From Mytilus trossulus (taxonomy: Eukaryota), in assembly GCF_036588685.1 (NCBI RefSeq), contig NC_086380.1, positions 33,530,313 through 33,594,312 on the forward strand: DNA of 64,000 bases. The letters run 5' to 3'. A model generated the notes under the pieces. It saw only the letters and a list, made by a program, of their open reading frames with translations, ran no database searches and was not told the DNA's origin. Both the position numbers and the translations under genes were made by a program. Below, piece after piece: positions 35,420-47,805 of the stretch; the stretch's first letter is position 1, and each line of letters starts with the position of its first letter.

Positions 35420-37250
35420 TAACTTTTTAGCTCACCTGGCCCAAAGGGCCAAGTGAGCTTTTCCAATCACTTTGCGTCCGGCGTCGTCCGGCGTCGTTGT
35501 TAACTTTTACAAAAATCTTCTCCTCTGAAACTGCTGGGCCAAATTTAACCAAACTTGGCCACAATTATCATTGGGGTATATAGTTTAAAAAATGTGTCCG
35601 ATGACCTGGTCAACCAACCAAGATGGCCGCCACGGCTAAAAATAGAGCATAGGGGTAAAATGCAGTTTTTGGCTTATAACTCTAAAACCAAAGCATTAAG
35701 AGCGAATCTGACATGGGGTATAATTGTTCATCAGGTCAAGATCTATCTGCCCTGAAAATTTCAGATGAATCGGACGACCCGTTGTTGGGTTGCTGCCCCT
35801 GAATTAGCAATTTTAAGGAAATTTTGCTGTTCTTGGTTATTATCTTGAATATTATTATAGATAGAGATAAACTGTAAACAGCAATAATATTCAGCAAAGT
35901 AAGATTTACAAATAAGGCAACATGACCGAAATGGTCAGTTGACCCCTTTAGGAGTTATTGCCCTTTTTAGTCAATTTTTAACCATTTTTTGTAAATCTTA
36001 GTAGTCTTTTACAAAAATCTTCTCCTCTGAAACAACTGGGCCAAATTAAACCAAACTTGGCCACAACTATCATTCGGGTATCTAGTTTAAAAAATGTGTG
36101 GCGTGACCCAGCAAACCGACCAAGATGGCCGCCAAAGCTAAAAACAGAACATAGGGGTAAAATTCAGTTTTTGGCTTATAACTCAAAAACCAAAGCATTT
36201 AAAGCAAATCTGACACGAGGTAAAATTGTCTACAGGTCAACATCAGTATCTGCCCTGAAATTTTCAGATGAATCGGACAACCTGTTGTTGGGTTGCTGCC
36301 CCTGAATTGGCAATTTTAAGGAAATTTTGCTGTTTTTGGTTATTATCTTGAATATTATTATAGATAGAGATAAACTGTAAACAGCTATAATGTTCAGCAA
36401 AGTAAGATTTACAAATAAGTCAACATGACCGAAATGGTCAGTTGACCCCTTTAGGAGTCATTGCCCTTTTTAGTCAATTTTTAACCATTTTTTTCGTAAA
36501 TCTTAGTTATCTTTTACTAAAATCTTCTCCTCTGAAACAACTGGGCCAAATTAAACCAAACTTGGCCACAACTATCATTGGGGTATCTAGTTTAAAAAAT
36601 GTGTGGCGTAACCTGGCCATACAACCAAGATGGTCGCCAAAGCTAAAAATAGAACATAGGGGTAAAATTCAGTTTTTGGCTTAAAACTCAAAAACCTGCA
36701 AAGCATTTAAAGCAAATCTGACAAGAAGTAAAATTGTTCATCAGGTCAAAATCTATCTGCCAGGAAATTTTCAGATGAATCAGACAACTCGTTGTTTAGG
36801 ACTGCTGCCCCTGAACAGGTAAATTTAAGGAAATTTTGCCTTTTTTTGGTTATTATCTTGAATATTATTATAGAGATAAACTGTAAAAAACAACAAATGT
36901 TGGCAAAGTAAGATCTACAAATAAGTCAACATGACCGAAATTGTCAGTTGACCCCTTTAGGAGTTACTGCCCTTTATAGTCATGTTTAACCATTTTTTCG
37001 TAAATCTTATTAATCTTTTACAAAAATCTTCTCCTCTGAAACTACTCATGGGCCAAATTAATTATAGATAGAGATAATTGTAAGCAGCTAGAATGTTCAG
37101 TAAATTAAGATGTACAAACACATCACCATCACCAAAACACAATTTTGTCATGAATCCATCTGTGTCCTTTGTTTAATATTCACATAGACCAAGGTGAGCG
37201 ACACAGGCTCTTTAGAGCCTCTAGTTTATATGACCACACAAATTTTTTTG
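35420..37250 (+). mobile_element. Non-autonomous element with a hairpin head (AGCTCACCTGGCC…GGCCAAGTGAGCT), ~12-bp imperfect TIRs and ~450-bp internal tandem subrepeats; gene B intron 3
   Basis: Head TTAGCTCACCTGGCCCAAAGGGCCAAGTGAGCTTTTCC. Tail …GACCAAGGTGAGCGACACAGGCTCTTTAGAGCCTCTAG. Other copies at 27915-28460, 39855-41160 and 41455-42245 (gene B intron 5). Confidence 0.6.
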
Positions 37251-38398
37251 GATTGGTATAATGCTATGATGTCGTTTGAGACACATTTGGTTTCAGGACA
37301 ATTACTTTAGTTTTAGTATATGGATCTCTATGAAATTTTTAAAGAAGGTTCATTACCACAAAAGGAAGGTTGGGATTCATTTTTGGGATGATGGTCCGAA
37401 ATGTTTAGGAAAAAGGGGCCCAAAACAAGCATTTTTCTAGTTTCAGGATAATAACTTGTGTATAAATATTTGGATTGCTCTGAAATTGTACCACCATGTT
37501 TAATACCACAAGTAGAAGGTTGGGATACATTTTGGGGGTTTTGGTGCCAACAGTTTTGAAATTAAGGTCCAAAAAGGGGCCAAAAACAAACATTTTTGTA
37601 GTTTCCAGACAATAACTTGTGTGTAAGTGTATGGATCTGTCTGACATTGTATGACAAGGTCCCATATCACAAAGTAAAGGCTGGGATTAAGTTTGGGGGT
37701 AACTTCCCCAAACATGCAGGAATTAGGGTAAAAAAAAGGGGCAAAAAACAAGCATTTTTCTAGTTTCCAGACAATTACTTGTGTTTAAGTGTATGGATCT
37801 CTCTAAAATTGTACTACAAGGTTCCATACAACAAAGGAAAGACTGGGATTGAGTTTGATGGTTACTGCTCCAAAGTGGGAATCAAAAAGTTCGGGGAGGG
37901 GGGTTTCCAATTTTTTAAGGGGTTCATATTTTATTTTTTTTATTTTTCAAATTTCAAATATTTGAAAAGTTTCAAGAAGATTAAATCTTCAGTTGCACAG
38001 TATTGCCCATTAGATTTGTAAGATCGTTGACCACATTAATTTTGTGTCAGAAACCTATATTATGTCAAAATTTTGATCACAATTGAAATTCATATAGTAT
38101 GCAAGCTTGAATATTGTGTCCAAATTTGCCCCAACTGTTCAGGGTTCAACCTCTGAGGTCGTATCAGGCTGCACTCAGCGAAGCATTTTATTTATTGTGA
38201 AAAATCAACAATAAGAAGTATTTTTAACTAAGTGTATAAAATGTAATTTGCTATAAATGTTAAATTTTTATTGATAGACTATGATAGAGCAATTAAAAAT
38301 GTTATGTTGCTAATAATTGTTGATTTCCATTTATATATACAAATGTAAGATATAAGAAATTAATGTTTGTGCATAATTGTTTTTCTCTTTTTTAACAG

Positions 38399-38523
38399 GA
38401 TAAGCTAGCGAGTGGAAGTAAAGATGGGAAATATTTAGATATTTTTAAGCCAGCGAGCATGGCTACTCTAGATACTTTGTTACAATGTTCACTTGGTTAT
38501 AAAGGAAATGTTCAACTTGTGGG
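38399..38523 (+). CDS. gene B exon 4 (DKLASGSKDGKYLDIFKPASMATLDTLLQCSLGYKGNVQLVG)
   Basis: Acceptor TTTAACAG and donor GG|GTAGGT. 125 nt. Confidence 0.85.
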
Positions 38524-39409
38524 GTAGGTAATTATTTAGATGTTTAAAAAGTTAAATCTTGATTTGGAGGCAAATTTAAAATTTCTAAATTTACTGTCAA
38601 ATTTAAAACTATGCTAACATTGCTATTTTTATTTTTAAAGAAAGAGAAAAGGTATCAATAAATTACCAGACAAAGGTATGGCCACAAATAAAAATAATAA
38701 GACAATACACAGAAAACTTAAGATTGAGCAACACAAACACTACCACAAAACTGGAGGTAAATAAAGGAAACAGTAGTAAACCGGTGTTCAAAAGTCATAA
38801 ATCTATTGAGAGAAACTACGGTTGCCCTTGAACTTTTCCATTGTACATGATATACTACAACAGTGAAATGACAAGTCAAGACAGAAAATACTGCTTAGAT
38901 TTAGTAGTTTGTTACTGCATTCGTTTATTTTTTCACAAAAAGAAAACTGTCATATTATTTACACAATTAAATAATATGGAGTTGAATTTTTTTTAATTGT
39001 TCATTAATATAAAAAGAAAACACCGTGATGATTTTATTTATTGAGAAAATTGCAATTTTTATGGAGAAAATTGCAAAGGGATAGCTTTGGCAAAAATAAA
39101 TACAGGCTTCTCAATTTCTGATTTCATTAATTGTATAAGGCAACATTTCCTCAAATTGAAAATCTTTATATTGCAATTCTGTCTAGTGTTGAAAAATCTC
39201 AATAATAAATGTTCTGAAAATTTGTAATTTACACCAAATATGTGTATAAAATATCAGTTTAAGAAATCTACAATCAATTTATTAATACATGTAATTTTAT
39301 TTTTGTTGATATCTAACAGAGCTCAGACCCCGTAAATAATCGCCTAATAATGTAGATTCTTCAAAATTGATTAATTATATTCTTATTGTGTATTATTTGT
39401 TTTTTTCAG

Positions 39410-39472
39410 AGACAGTCATCCCTATGTGACAGCAGTAAATCGTCTGGGACATCTGATTGATAAAAGAAGTTT
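39410..39472 (+). CDS. gene B exon 5 (G-DSHPYVTAVNRLGHLIDKRS-F)
   Basis: Acceptor TTTTTTCAG and donor GTAAGT. 63 nt. Confidence 0.85.
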
Positions 39473-41157
39473 GTAAGTTTATCAAAAGCTTGATACTTTA
39501 ACTTCATGGTAGTATCCTGTAGATTAGAGGCAGAATTATTTGTTTGCCTCACTTATGGAACTACATTATATGGTTAATAAAAAGACGTTTTACAAGCTCC
39601 CACTGTTAGAATTGTCTTGCTGGCACCCCCTCCCCTATCTCTTTTTAGCATCCTGGATCCCCATCTGTAGGGAGATTTGTTTATGACATTAAGAAATTTT
39701 TTTTTATTTGTTAAATATGAATAACTTTAGGAAAGTACCAATTAGACAGCATTATAACAATAAGATAAAACCAAAAAAAAATAGATGTTTTAGCCTGTTG
39801 TTCAGTGGTTGTCATTTGTTGATGTGATTCATAAGTGTTTCACGGTTCTCATTTTTATTAGCTCACCTGGCCCAAAGGGCCAAGTGAGCTTTTCTCATCA
39901 CTTGGCGTCCGGTGTCGGTCGTCGTCCGTCGACGTCGTCGTCCTGCGTTCAGCGTTAACTTTTACAAAAATCTTCTCCTCTGAAACTACTGGGCCAAATT
40001 TAACCAAACTTGGCCACAATCATCTTTGGGGTATCTAGTTTAAAAATTGTGTCCAGTGACCCGGCCAACCAACCAAGATGGCCGCCATGGCTAAAAATAG
40101 AACATAGGGGTAAAATGCAGTTTTTGGCTTATATCTCAAAAACCAAAGCATTTAGAGCAAATCTGACAGGGTAAAATTGTTTATCAGGTCAAGATCTATC
40201 TGCCCTGAAATTTTCAGATGAATCCGACATTTCGTTGTTAGGTTGCTGCCCCTGAATTTGTAATTTTAAGGAATTTTTGCTGTTTTTGTTTATTATCTTG
40301 AATATTATTATAGATAGAGATAAACTATGAACATCAATAATGTTCAGCAAAGTAAGATCTACAAATAAGTCAACATGACCAAAATGGTCAGTTGACCACT
40401 TTAGGAGTTATTGCCCTTTATAGTCCATTTTTAACCATTTTTCGTAAATCTTAGTAATCTTTTAGAAAAAATTTCTCCTCTGAATCTACTGGGCCAAATT
40501 AATTGAAACTTGGCCACAATCATCTTTGGGGTATCTAGTTTAAAAAATGTGTCCGGTGACCGGGCCAATCAACCAAGATGGACGCAATGGCTAAAAATAG
40601 AACATAGGGGTAAAATGCAGTTTTTGGCTATAACTCAAAAACCAAAGCATTAAGAGCAAATCTGACAGGAAGTAAAATTGTTGATCAGGTCAAGATCTAT
40701 CTGCCCTGGACTTTTCAGATGAATCCGACATATTTTTGTTAGATTGCTGCCCCTGAATTTGTAATTTTAAGGAATTTTTGCTGTTTTTGTTTATTATCTT
40801 GAATATTGGTATAGATAGAGATAAACTGTAAACATCAATAATGTACAGCAAAGTAAGAACTAAAAATAAGTCAACATGACCAAAATAGTCAATTGACCCC
40901 CATAAGGAGTTATTGCCCTTCATAGTTAATTTTTAACATTTTTCACAAAATTTGTAGATTTTCACTAACATTTTCCACAGAAACTACTGTTATATATAGA
41001 GATAATTGTAAGCAGCAAAAATGTTTAGTAAAGTAAGATCTACAAACACATCACCATCACCAAAACACAATTTTGTCATGAATCCATCTGTGTACAATGT
41101 TTAATATAAACATAGACCAAGGTGAGCGACACAGGCTCTTTAGAACCTCTAGTATAT

Positions 41158-41375
41158 TGTAAATTCAGAAATTATTGCGTGCATTTATTTTTACAATTTT
41201 GTCATTTGAATAGACTTATAAATTATAAATGGGATTTTAATTTTTGTGATATTGAGAAAAATCCTGTTTAATTCATATAAAAAATTTCAAAATGGGAGTT
41301 TAAATTATTGCGATTATAACCCTGTCGCATTTTTTGCAATAATAAAAACATCGCAAAAATTTCTAAATTTACACT
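41158..41375 (+). mobile_element. ~210-bp MITE with ~24-bp perfect TIRs (ACTGTAAATTCAGAAATTATTGCG … CGCAATAATTTCTGAATTTACAGT); one of 4 copies
   Basis: Other copies are 46471-46670 (+, gene B intron 10), 52138-52343 (inverted, intergenic) and 62948-63155 (+, gene C intron 7). Copies are 85-90% identical. Confidence 0.75.
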
Positions 41376-42649
41376 GTTTGGGGCCTTTTTTAGCTTGCTG
41401 TTCGGTGTGAGACAAGGCTCAGTGTTGAAGGGTGTACTTTGACCTATAATGGTTTTCTTTTTAGCTCACCTGGCCCGAAGGTCCATGTGAGCTTTTCCCA
41501 TCACTTTGTCTGTCGTCCGTCGTCCGTCGTCAGTCGTCGTTAACTTTTACAAAAATCTTCTCCTCTGAAACTACAGGGCCAAATTAAACCAAACTTGGCC
41601 ACAATCATCATTGGGGTATCTAGTTTAAAAAATGTGTCTGGTGACCCGGCCAACCAACCAAGATGGCCGCCATGGCTAAAAATAGAACATATGGGTAAAA
41701 TGCAGTTTTGGGCTTATAACTCAAAAACCAAAGCATTTAGAACAAATTTGACTGGAGTAAAATTGTCTATCTGGTCAAGATCTATCTGCCCTGAAATTTT
41801 CAGATGAATCGGACAACCCTTTGTTGGGTTGCTGCCCCTGAATTGGTAATTTTAAGGAAATTTTTCTGTTTTTCGTTATCTTGAATATTATTATAGATAG
41901 AGATAAATTGTATACACCAATAATGTTCAGCAAAGTAAGATTTACAAATAAGTCAACATGACGGAAATGGTCAATTGACCCTGAAGGAGTTATTGTCCTT
42001 TATAGTCAATTTTTAACAATTTTCATAAAATTTATAAATTTTAACTAACATTTTCCACTGAAACTACTGGGCAAAGTTCATTATACATAGAGATAATTGT
42101 AAGCAGCAAGAATGTTCAATAGGTAAGATGTACAAACACATCACCATCACCAAAACAAAATTTTGTCATGAATCCATCTGCTTCCTTTGTTTAATATTCA
42201 CATAGACCAAGGTGAGCGACACAGGCTCTTTAGAGCCTCTAGTTACAAATTGTGACTTGGATGGAGAGTCGTCTCATTGGTACTCATACGACATCTTCTT
42301 ATATCTATGTAGGGGTCAGGTCAGCATATAGTCCTCATGGATTGACACCTCTCCATGTTACATGTCAACACTCTTATTCCAGTGGTTAAAGTATTTCTCA
42401 TTTGTATTGAATAAATCTCCTCTCACAGAAAAACGTTGCAATTTAACTAATCTAAACAGCCTTAGGAAGGTGGTAAGGACCTTGTTTGAATTGTTTCACT
42501 TTCAGACTATACAGTACTGGTTTAAGTCATTATTGAATGTTGATATCTGCTCTCAATTAATGGTTATTATTACAACTTAACAGGTCTTATCTTTTAAATA
42601 CATTATAGCAAGTTTGAATAAGCAACTTAATTTGATATTTTCTTTGCAG

Positions 42650-42776
42650 CCATTTTCATCATTATGCAGAGTTCATATACAGACATTTTACTGCTGATGG
42701 TAAAGAATTCTTCAAGATTTGTGAATATGTTCATAAATTCTCAAAAGACATAATATCTAAAAGACGAAAAGAGTTG
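42650..42776 (+). CDS. gene B exon 6 (F-HFHHYAEFIYRHFTADGKEFFKICEYVHKFSKDIISKRRKEL)
   Basis: Acceptor CTTTGCAG and donor GTAAGT. 127 nt. Confidence 0.85.
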
Positions 42777-43364
42777 GTAAGTTATATTGAGTATAAACTT
42801 TTTATAGCTAGCCTAAAAGAAGTATTATTTTAAAAATTGGAGATTTGTTATGAATAAACCCAACATGAGAATGTCTTTTGGAACAGCTAAGTCCTGATAT
42901 GTAGAAATTAAAAAATTATGAACCTGCTTTGTGTGTCTGTCCAAAGTCAGAAGCCTGTAGTTCAGGGTTGCCTGTCATATTTTTTTTTTGTAAATTGTTT
43001 TGTTATGAATTAGGATGTAAGTTTTTTCATTTGAATTGTTTCATATTTTTCATGTCAGGGCCTTTTATAGCCGACTATATGGTATGGGTTTTTCTCTACA
43101 TTAAAGGCAGCAAGTTTACAGTTGCCTATAATTGCTTTCATCAACTTCATTTGAATTTGGGTGGAGAGTTGTCTCATTGACAAATCATTCCACATCTCCT
43201 TATTTTTATATATAATTAAATTTCTACTAAACCCTAAAGTAAATGTAAAATAGATTACAAGGACACTAAAGAATTCTGACTTGCAGTTCCTGAAAGCAAA
43301 TTTAAAGTACTGGTACATGTATACTACACCTGCTGATCTATAGGCATACTACATGTCTTTTTAG

Positions 43365-43497
43365 AATGAAAGTAAAGAAGCAGAGCAGAAGAAACACTTG
43401 GACTTCCTGGATATATTAATAACAGCCAAAGATGATAATGGTGTTGGACTGACGGATGATGAAATCAGGGCAGAAGTCGATACCTTCCTTTTTGCAG
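43365..43497 (+). CDS. gene B exon 7 ([45 protein letters not shown])
   Basis: Acceptor TTTTTAG and donor GTAATT. 133 nt. Confidence 0.85.
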
Positions 43498-44439
43498 GTA
43501 ATTTATTGTGTTTATGAAAGATTTCCATGCCTGATGCATTATATGTACTATGATCACACAGAGCACAGCATAAATGTATTCTATTTTATTATTTATTTAT
43601 TTTTTTACATCAATTTTTTTCTCCTTTCGGCAATTTGAATTCCCTCAGTGATGTGACTACTCTTCTGTTGAGGCATTGATGGCTATATAGGTTTATTCTT
43701 TAATTATATCCATATGAGTTTTTTTGTGAATTTAGCTTGCATCAAACAAATGTTTTTAAATTTAATTTTAATTTTAAAGACTTCTTGTTTTCTAAAATTA
43801 ACTTAAATCTTAAGATAACCATTTAGGAGGGTGGTAAAGGTTTTTTTTCGTGCACCATGTTTTGCCATTTTTATTTCACGTGCAGCCCTGAAAAAGGTTC
43901 GTTATTCACCGTGTTTTGTGAAATCGGTAAAAAGATCAACATGCAAGAAATTTTTATTTGTTCGTTCATCGTGAAATGGCAATTTTATTTCGCGTTCTTC
44001 CGTGCAGATACACCCCCTTTACGCCCCTCATTTAGTAACCTATAAAAATAATAGTATTTTGAATGATTACAAATGAAACAAGTAACTACCAGAGACTAAA
44101 GGATGAGATTGTAAACATCTAAAAGTCTGCAAATGGCCTTCAACAATGAGTAAGATTGTCTTTTTTTACCTAAAAAAAATTTAAGAATTCCACTCATACT
44201 TTTCTTTAAATCATGGATGATTGAGACCAGTATGAATGAAGCATCCCTCAGTTTCTGAGATTTTTAAGTGCATTGGGTAATATATACACAAATGTACAAA
44301 GTGCATAAAAAAATTTAACTATGGAAATGTACAAAACTAAAAATTGTTGGATATAACATAATTATTTTGAAACAAATACATAAATACAACTTACACTTTG
44401 CCTTAATGCTGTTATATTTATTATTTTTGGATATTCCAG

Positions 44440-44563
44440 GCCATGACACAACATCTAGTGTATTGAGCTGGAGTATATATTGTTTAGGAAAATACAAAGA
44501 TATACAGGACAAAGTTTACAGAGAGGTCAAAGAAGTCACAGGCAGCAATGGAAATATTGACAG
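44440..44563 (+). CDS. gene B exon 8 ([42 protein letters not shown])
   Basis: Acceptor TTCCAG and donor GTAAAT. Within ORF 44367..44567. Confidence 0.85.
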
Positions 44564-44774
44564 GTAAATTAAGGTTTCTATAAACTTAATATTATATAAT
44601 TCACCAAACTGAGCTAATGGTACACCACCATCTGTACTGATCCTGAGTGGTATTTTACTTATATTGATATCAAGTGATAGCTTGTAACAGCAACCATCAC
44701 CAGGTAATGAGAAACTGTAAATTTACCAATTAATCTTGAGAATATCTTATGAACCAATATTTGATTTAATTTAA

Positions 44775-44930
44775 TGAGATGGTAAAATAGTTATCAAAGG
44801 TACCAGGATTATAATTTAGTATGCCAGACGCGCATTTCGTCTACATTAGACTCATCTGAGTGATGCTCATATCAAAAAAAAAATTTAAAGTCAAAACAAG
44901 TACAAAGTTGAAGAGCATAAATGCACTGAA
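44775..44930 (-). repeat. Degenerate fragment of the retrozyme unit, inverted, in gene B intron 8, with a mutated hammerhead core
   Basis: Revcomp reads …CACTCAGATGAGTCTAATGTAGACGAAATGCGCGTCTGGCATACTAAATTATAATCCTGGTACCTTTGATAACTA. CUGAUGA is mutated to CUCAGAUGA, and GAAAC to GAAAU. Confidence 0.7.
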
Positions 44931-45399
44931 TTAAGAACTGATTTTCATAAGGAAAATAAGGCCTTGTTCACCTTGCTATAACCCTACAAAACTATCAAAA
45001 AGAAGCATGTAATACTTATAATAACAGCATAACAGCTAAACCCCTTGCCCCCCCTCTTATATTTCAATTCTAAAAGCATGAAAGGAGGAGTTTAATAAAC
45101 TTTGGTTAGTTTAAAGAAAAATATTACTGGCATACTATACACATTGATGTCATGTTGTCAAGGGAAGCGCCTATTCTAACAAATGCTGCATTGTATCAGT
45201 ACATAAAAAAATCACTTTTAAGTCAGAATGATGCAATCTATATAAAACGTCTTTGTCATTATTAAATTTAAACCAATCACTTCTACAGTCACAAGTATCA
45301 AATTGTAAAAGTTAATTACGATCCGGTTTTCATTTTAAAATTAGGAAGTTGAATTTTTACTACGCTCAAAAATTATATTTGTTATTTGTCACTGTATAG

Positions 45400-45595
45400 T
45401 GAAGATCTACCAAAGTTGAAATACCTGACCTGTTTCCTGAAGGAGGTAATGAGATTACATACACCGGTACCAGTCACAAACAGGACATTAGATGAACCCA
45501 TTGTTTTGGATGGGTATGATATCCCTGCTGGAGTTATGGTAGACTTTGGTATTTATCATTGTCATAACCATCCTGATGTTTGGGAAAATCCAAAA
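45400..45595 (+). CDS. gene B exon 9 (EDLPKLKYLTCFLKEVMRLHTPVPVTNRTLDEPIVLDGYDIPAGVMVDFGIYHCHNHPDVWENPK)
   Basis: Acceptor TGTATAG and donor GTAAGT. Within ORF 45386..45610. Confidence 0.85.
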
Positions 45596-46232
45596 GTAAG
45601 TAATAAATAATTTGAAGATCAGGAATATGCAATGTGCATAAAAGTTATGATTATTTACTTATACATGCTGTTTCCATGGAAAACATATTAAACTTCTTAC
45701 ATTATTATTGTCAGGGTCAAATTTTTTTCTTATTTCTAATGAACTTTTAACTAGATGTTGAATACCTGAAATTATACGACCATTTTTGTAAAGCATCTTT
45801 TTCTTTCCATGCTATTTTTCTCAATGTAGATTTAATGACATCATAAGATCAGTGATGAAACTAAGTTATTATTTTGATAGTGTACTATGAATGCATACTT
45901 CACTTGTAAAGTATACAACCTGTCACTTTGCTCCTAAATGTGTAAGTGAGTGAATATGATTTTTTCAATGTTTAACTCCAAAACCATTTTAGTGTAATTT
46001 TAAATAATGTTTTGACAAAACTAATTCTTATTGCTAAAATTTATTTAGTTGAAATCTATTTACAGGTAAACACGACTTGAAAATTGATCAATGTCCGGTA
46101 CAATTGAGTTTACCTTTGTAAATGGACATGTATTTAGATGACTGTCAAGTACATACATTTATAGGACTGTTTTGAACTGTTTAGAATGTTTTAGGTGTCT
46201 TATAAAAGTTATTCTATTTCAATTATTTTCAG

Positions 46233-46315
46233 GAATTTAAACCAGAGAGATTTGAGGGAGACAAACATCATCAGATGGATCCATATAGTTTTACTCCATT
46301 TTCTGCTGGACCAAG
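46233..46315 (+). CDS. gene B exon 10 (EFKPERFEGDKHHQMDPYSFTPFSAGP-R)
   Basis: Acceptor TTTTCAG and donor AAG|GTAAAT. 83 nt. Confidence 0.85.
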
Positions 46316-47208
46316 GTAAATATGAATTATCTCCCTTTTATAGCAAATGGATTTAAAGGAGACAAGCATTATCATATAGATACTTCTGCTGGGCCAAGGT
46401 AAATATGTAATATCTTCTCTTTGCTGCAGAGATATTTGATGGCAACAAACATCATGAGATGGATCATTATACTGTAAATTCAGAAATTATTGTGTGCATT
46501 TATTATTGCGATTTTGTCATTTAGACTAAATAGCGATTTTAAATTTTGAAAATAATCCTGTTTAATTCATATAAAAAATTTCAAAGTGCGAGTTAAAATT
46601 ATTGGGATTATAACCCACTCGCATTTTTCACAATAATAAAAACCTCGCAATAATTTCTGAATTTACAGTAGTTTAACTTCATGTTCTCCTTAACCAAGTT
46701 AAATAAGAATTATCTCCCCTATAATGCAGATAGTTGATCACCATGAACAGATTCATAGTTCTCCATTTTTTTGGAACCAATTATCTCCCTTATAATGCAG
46801 GGAGATGAAGATCATTAGAAAACCCTAAGTTTTACTGGCTTTTCTACTGGAATATATTAAAGATGGATTACCTCCAATATGAAATAGAGAGAAGAACATC
46901 ATGGGACAGATCTTTAGTTTTACTCCATTTTCTGTGAGACAGAGATAAATATAATGTTCTTCCTTATAAAATAGTGGACAAGCATCTCTACAAATTACTC
47001 ACTTTTCTTCTGAAATGAGAGTATCAAAGCTGATTCACAGTAATTTTAGAACTGGCTTGCTCTCATTAGAACATATATTAAATGTACATCAAGGCAACAT
47101 AAGCTAGTGTCACTGAAACTTTTTTTTAGAAAGAAAGACATTTTAAGAAATTTCATTGTATCTGTATATAATATTAGTTTCATTATATTAGATGGATTTA
47201 TGTTACAG

Positions 47209-47274
47209 AAATTGTATTGGATTAAACTTTGCACAGAATGAGGAGAAAGTGTTGATAGCAAGAATTGTAGAAAG
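47209..47274 (+). CDS. gene B exon 11 (R-NCIGLNFAQNEEKVLIARIVE-R)
   Basis: Acceptor TGTTACAG and donor GTATGG. Completes heme loop FSAGPRNCIG. Confidence 0.85.
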
Positions 47275-47629
47275 GTATGGGGTTTAATTAGTTATTTAGA
47301 TTCTTGTGAATATTTACCCTGCAATACTTGCAAACAGATTCTCAAATAAACCATTTTTCCAATTTACGTCTGAGTTAGTGACAACTCTACAACAGATTTA
47401 TCCATCGGATCACCAGCAATGATGGTGATACATGACTGTGTACATTATGTATATACAACTTGTCTAAACATCAACCCAACAATGTTTTCTGTGACTGTAT
47501 CTTGCATTAATTTGTAGGATCCTTTACTATAGATCATTGAGCTGATCTGTAACAATAACATCTCCATGCCTTATATATCATGTACTGTAGTTCGACGCTA
47601 GATTAAAACTGATGAGGAAAGGTAACTGT

Positions 47630-47805
47630 GAAGCCCAGGTGGTCGTGTGGTCTAGCGGGACGGCTACAGTGCAGGCGATTTGTTGTCACGATATCTCAGT
47701 AGCATGGGTTCGAATCCTGGCAAGGGAGAACAAAAAATTTGCGAAAGCAAATTACAGATCTAACATTGTTGGGTTGATGTTTAGACGAGTTGTATATATA
47801 TACAG
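47630..47805 (+). mobile_element. tRNA-derived SINE copy A, in gene B intron 11
   Basis: A-box-like TGGTCTAGCGG and B-box GGTTCGAATCC about 50 nt apart. Family-specific tail …AAAAATTTGCGAAAGCAAATTACAGATCTAACATTGTTGGGTTGATGTTTAGACGAGTTGTATATA. Confidence 0.6.

Noticed and set aside
35555-36684. Repeated ~80-aa ORFs (MATIIIGVSSLKNV…QPRWPPKLKIEHRGKIQFLAYNSKTKA…), also at 41595..41807 and 28176..28364.
   Set aside because: They lie within the ~450-bp internal subrepeats of the hairpin-headed elements and show frame decay between copies. They are probably non-coding repeat sequence or a long-dead transposon ORF remnant.
47637-47730. Possible bona fide tRNA gene (A-box TGGTCTAGCGG, B-box GGTTCGAATCC).
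   Set aside because: Three near-identical copies, one inverted, share a long non-tRNA 3' tail. The segment between the boxes does not fold into a standard cloverleaf by inspection. It is interpreted as a tRNA-derived SINE, not a tRNA gene.
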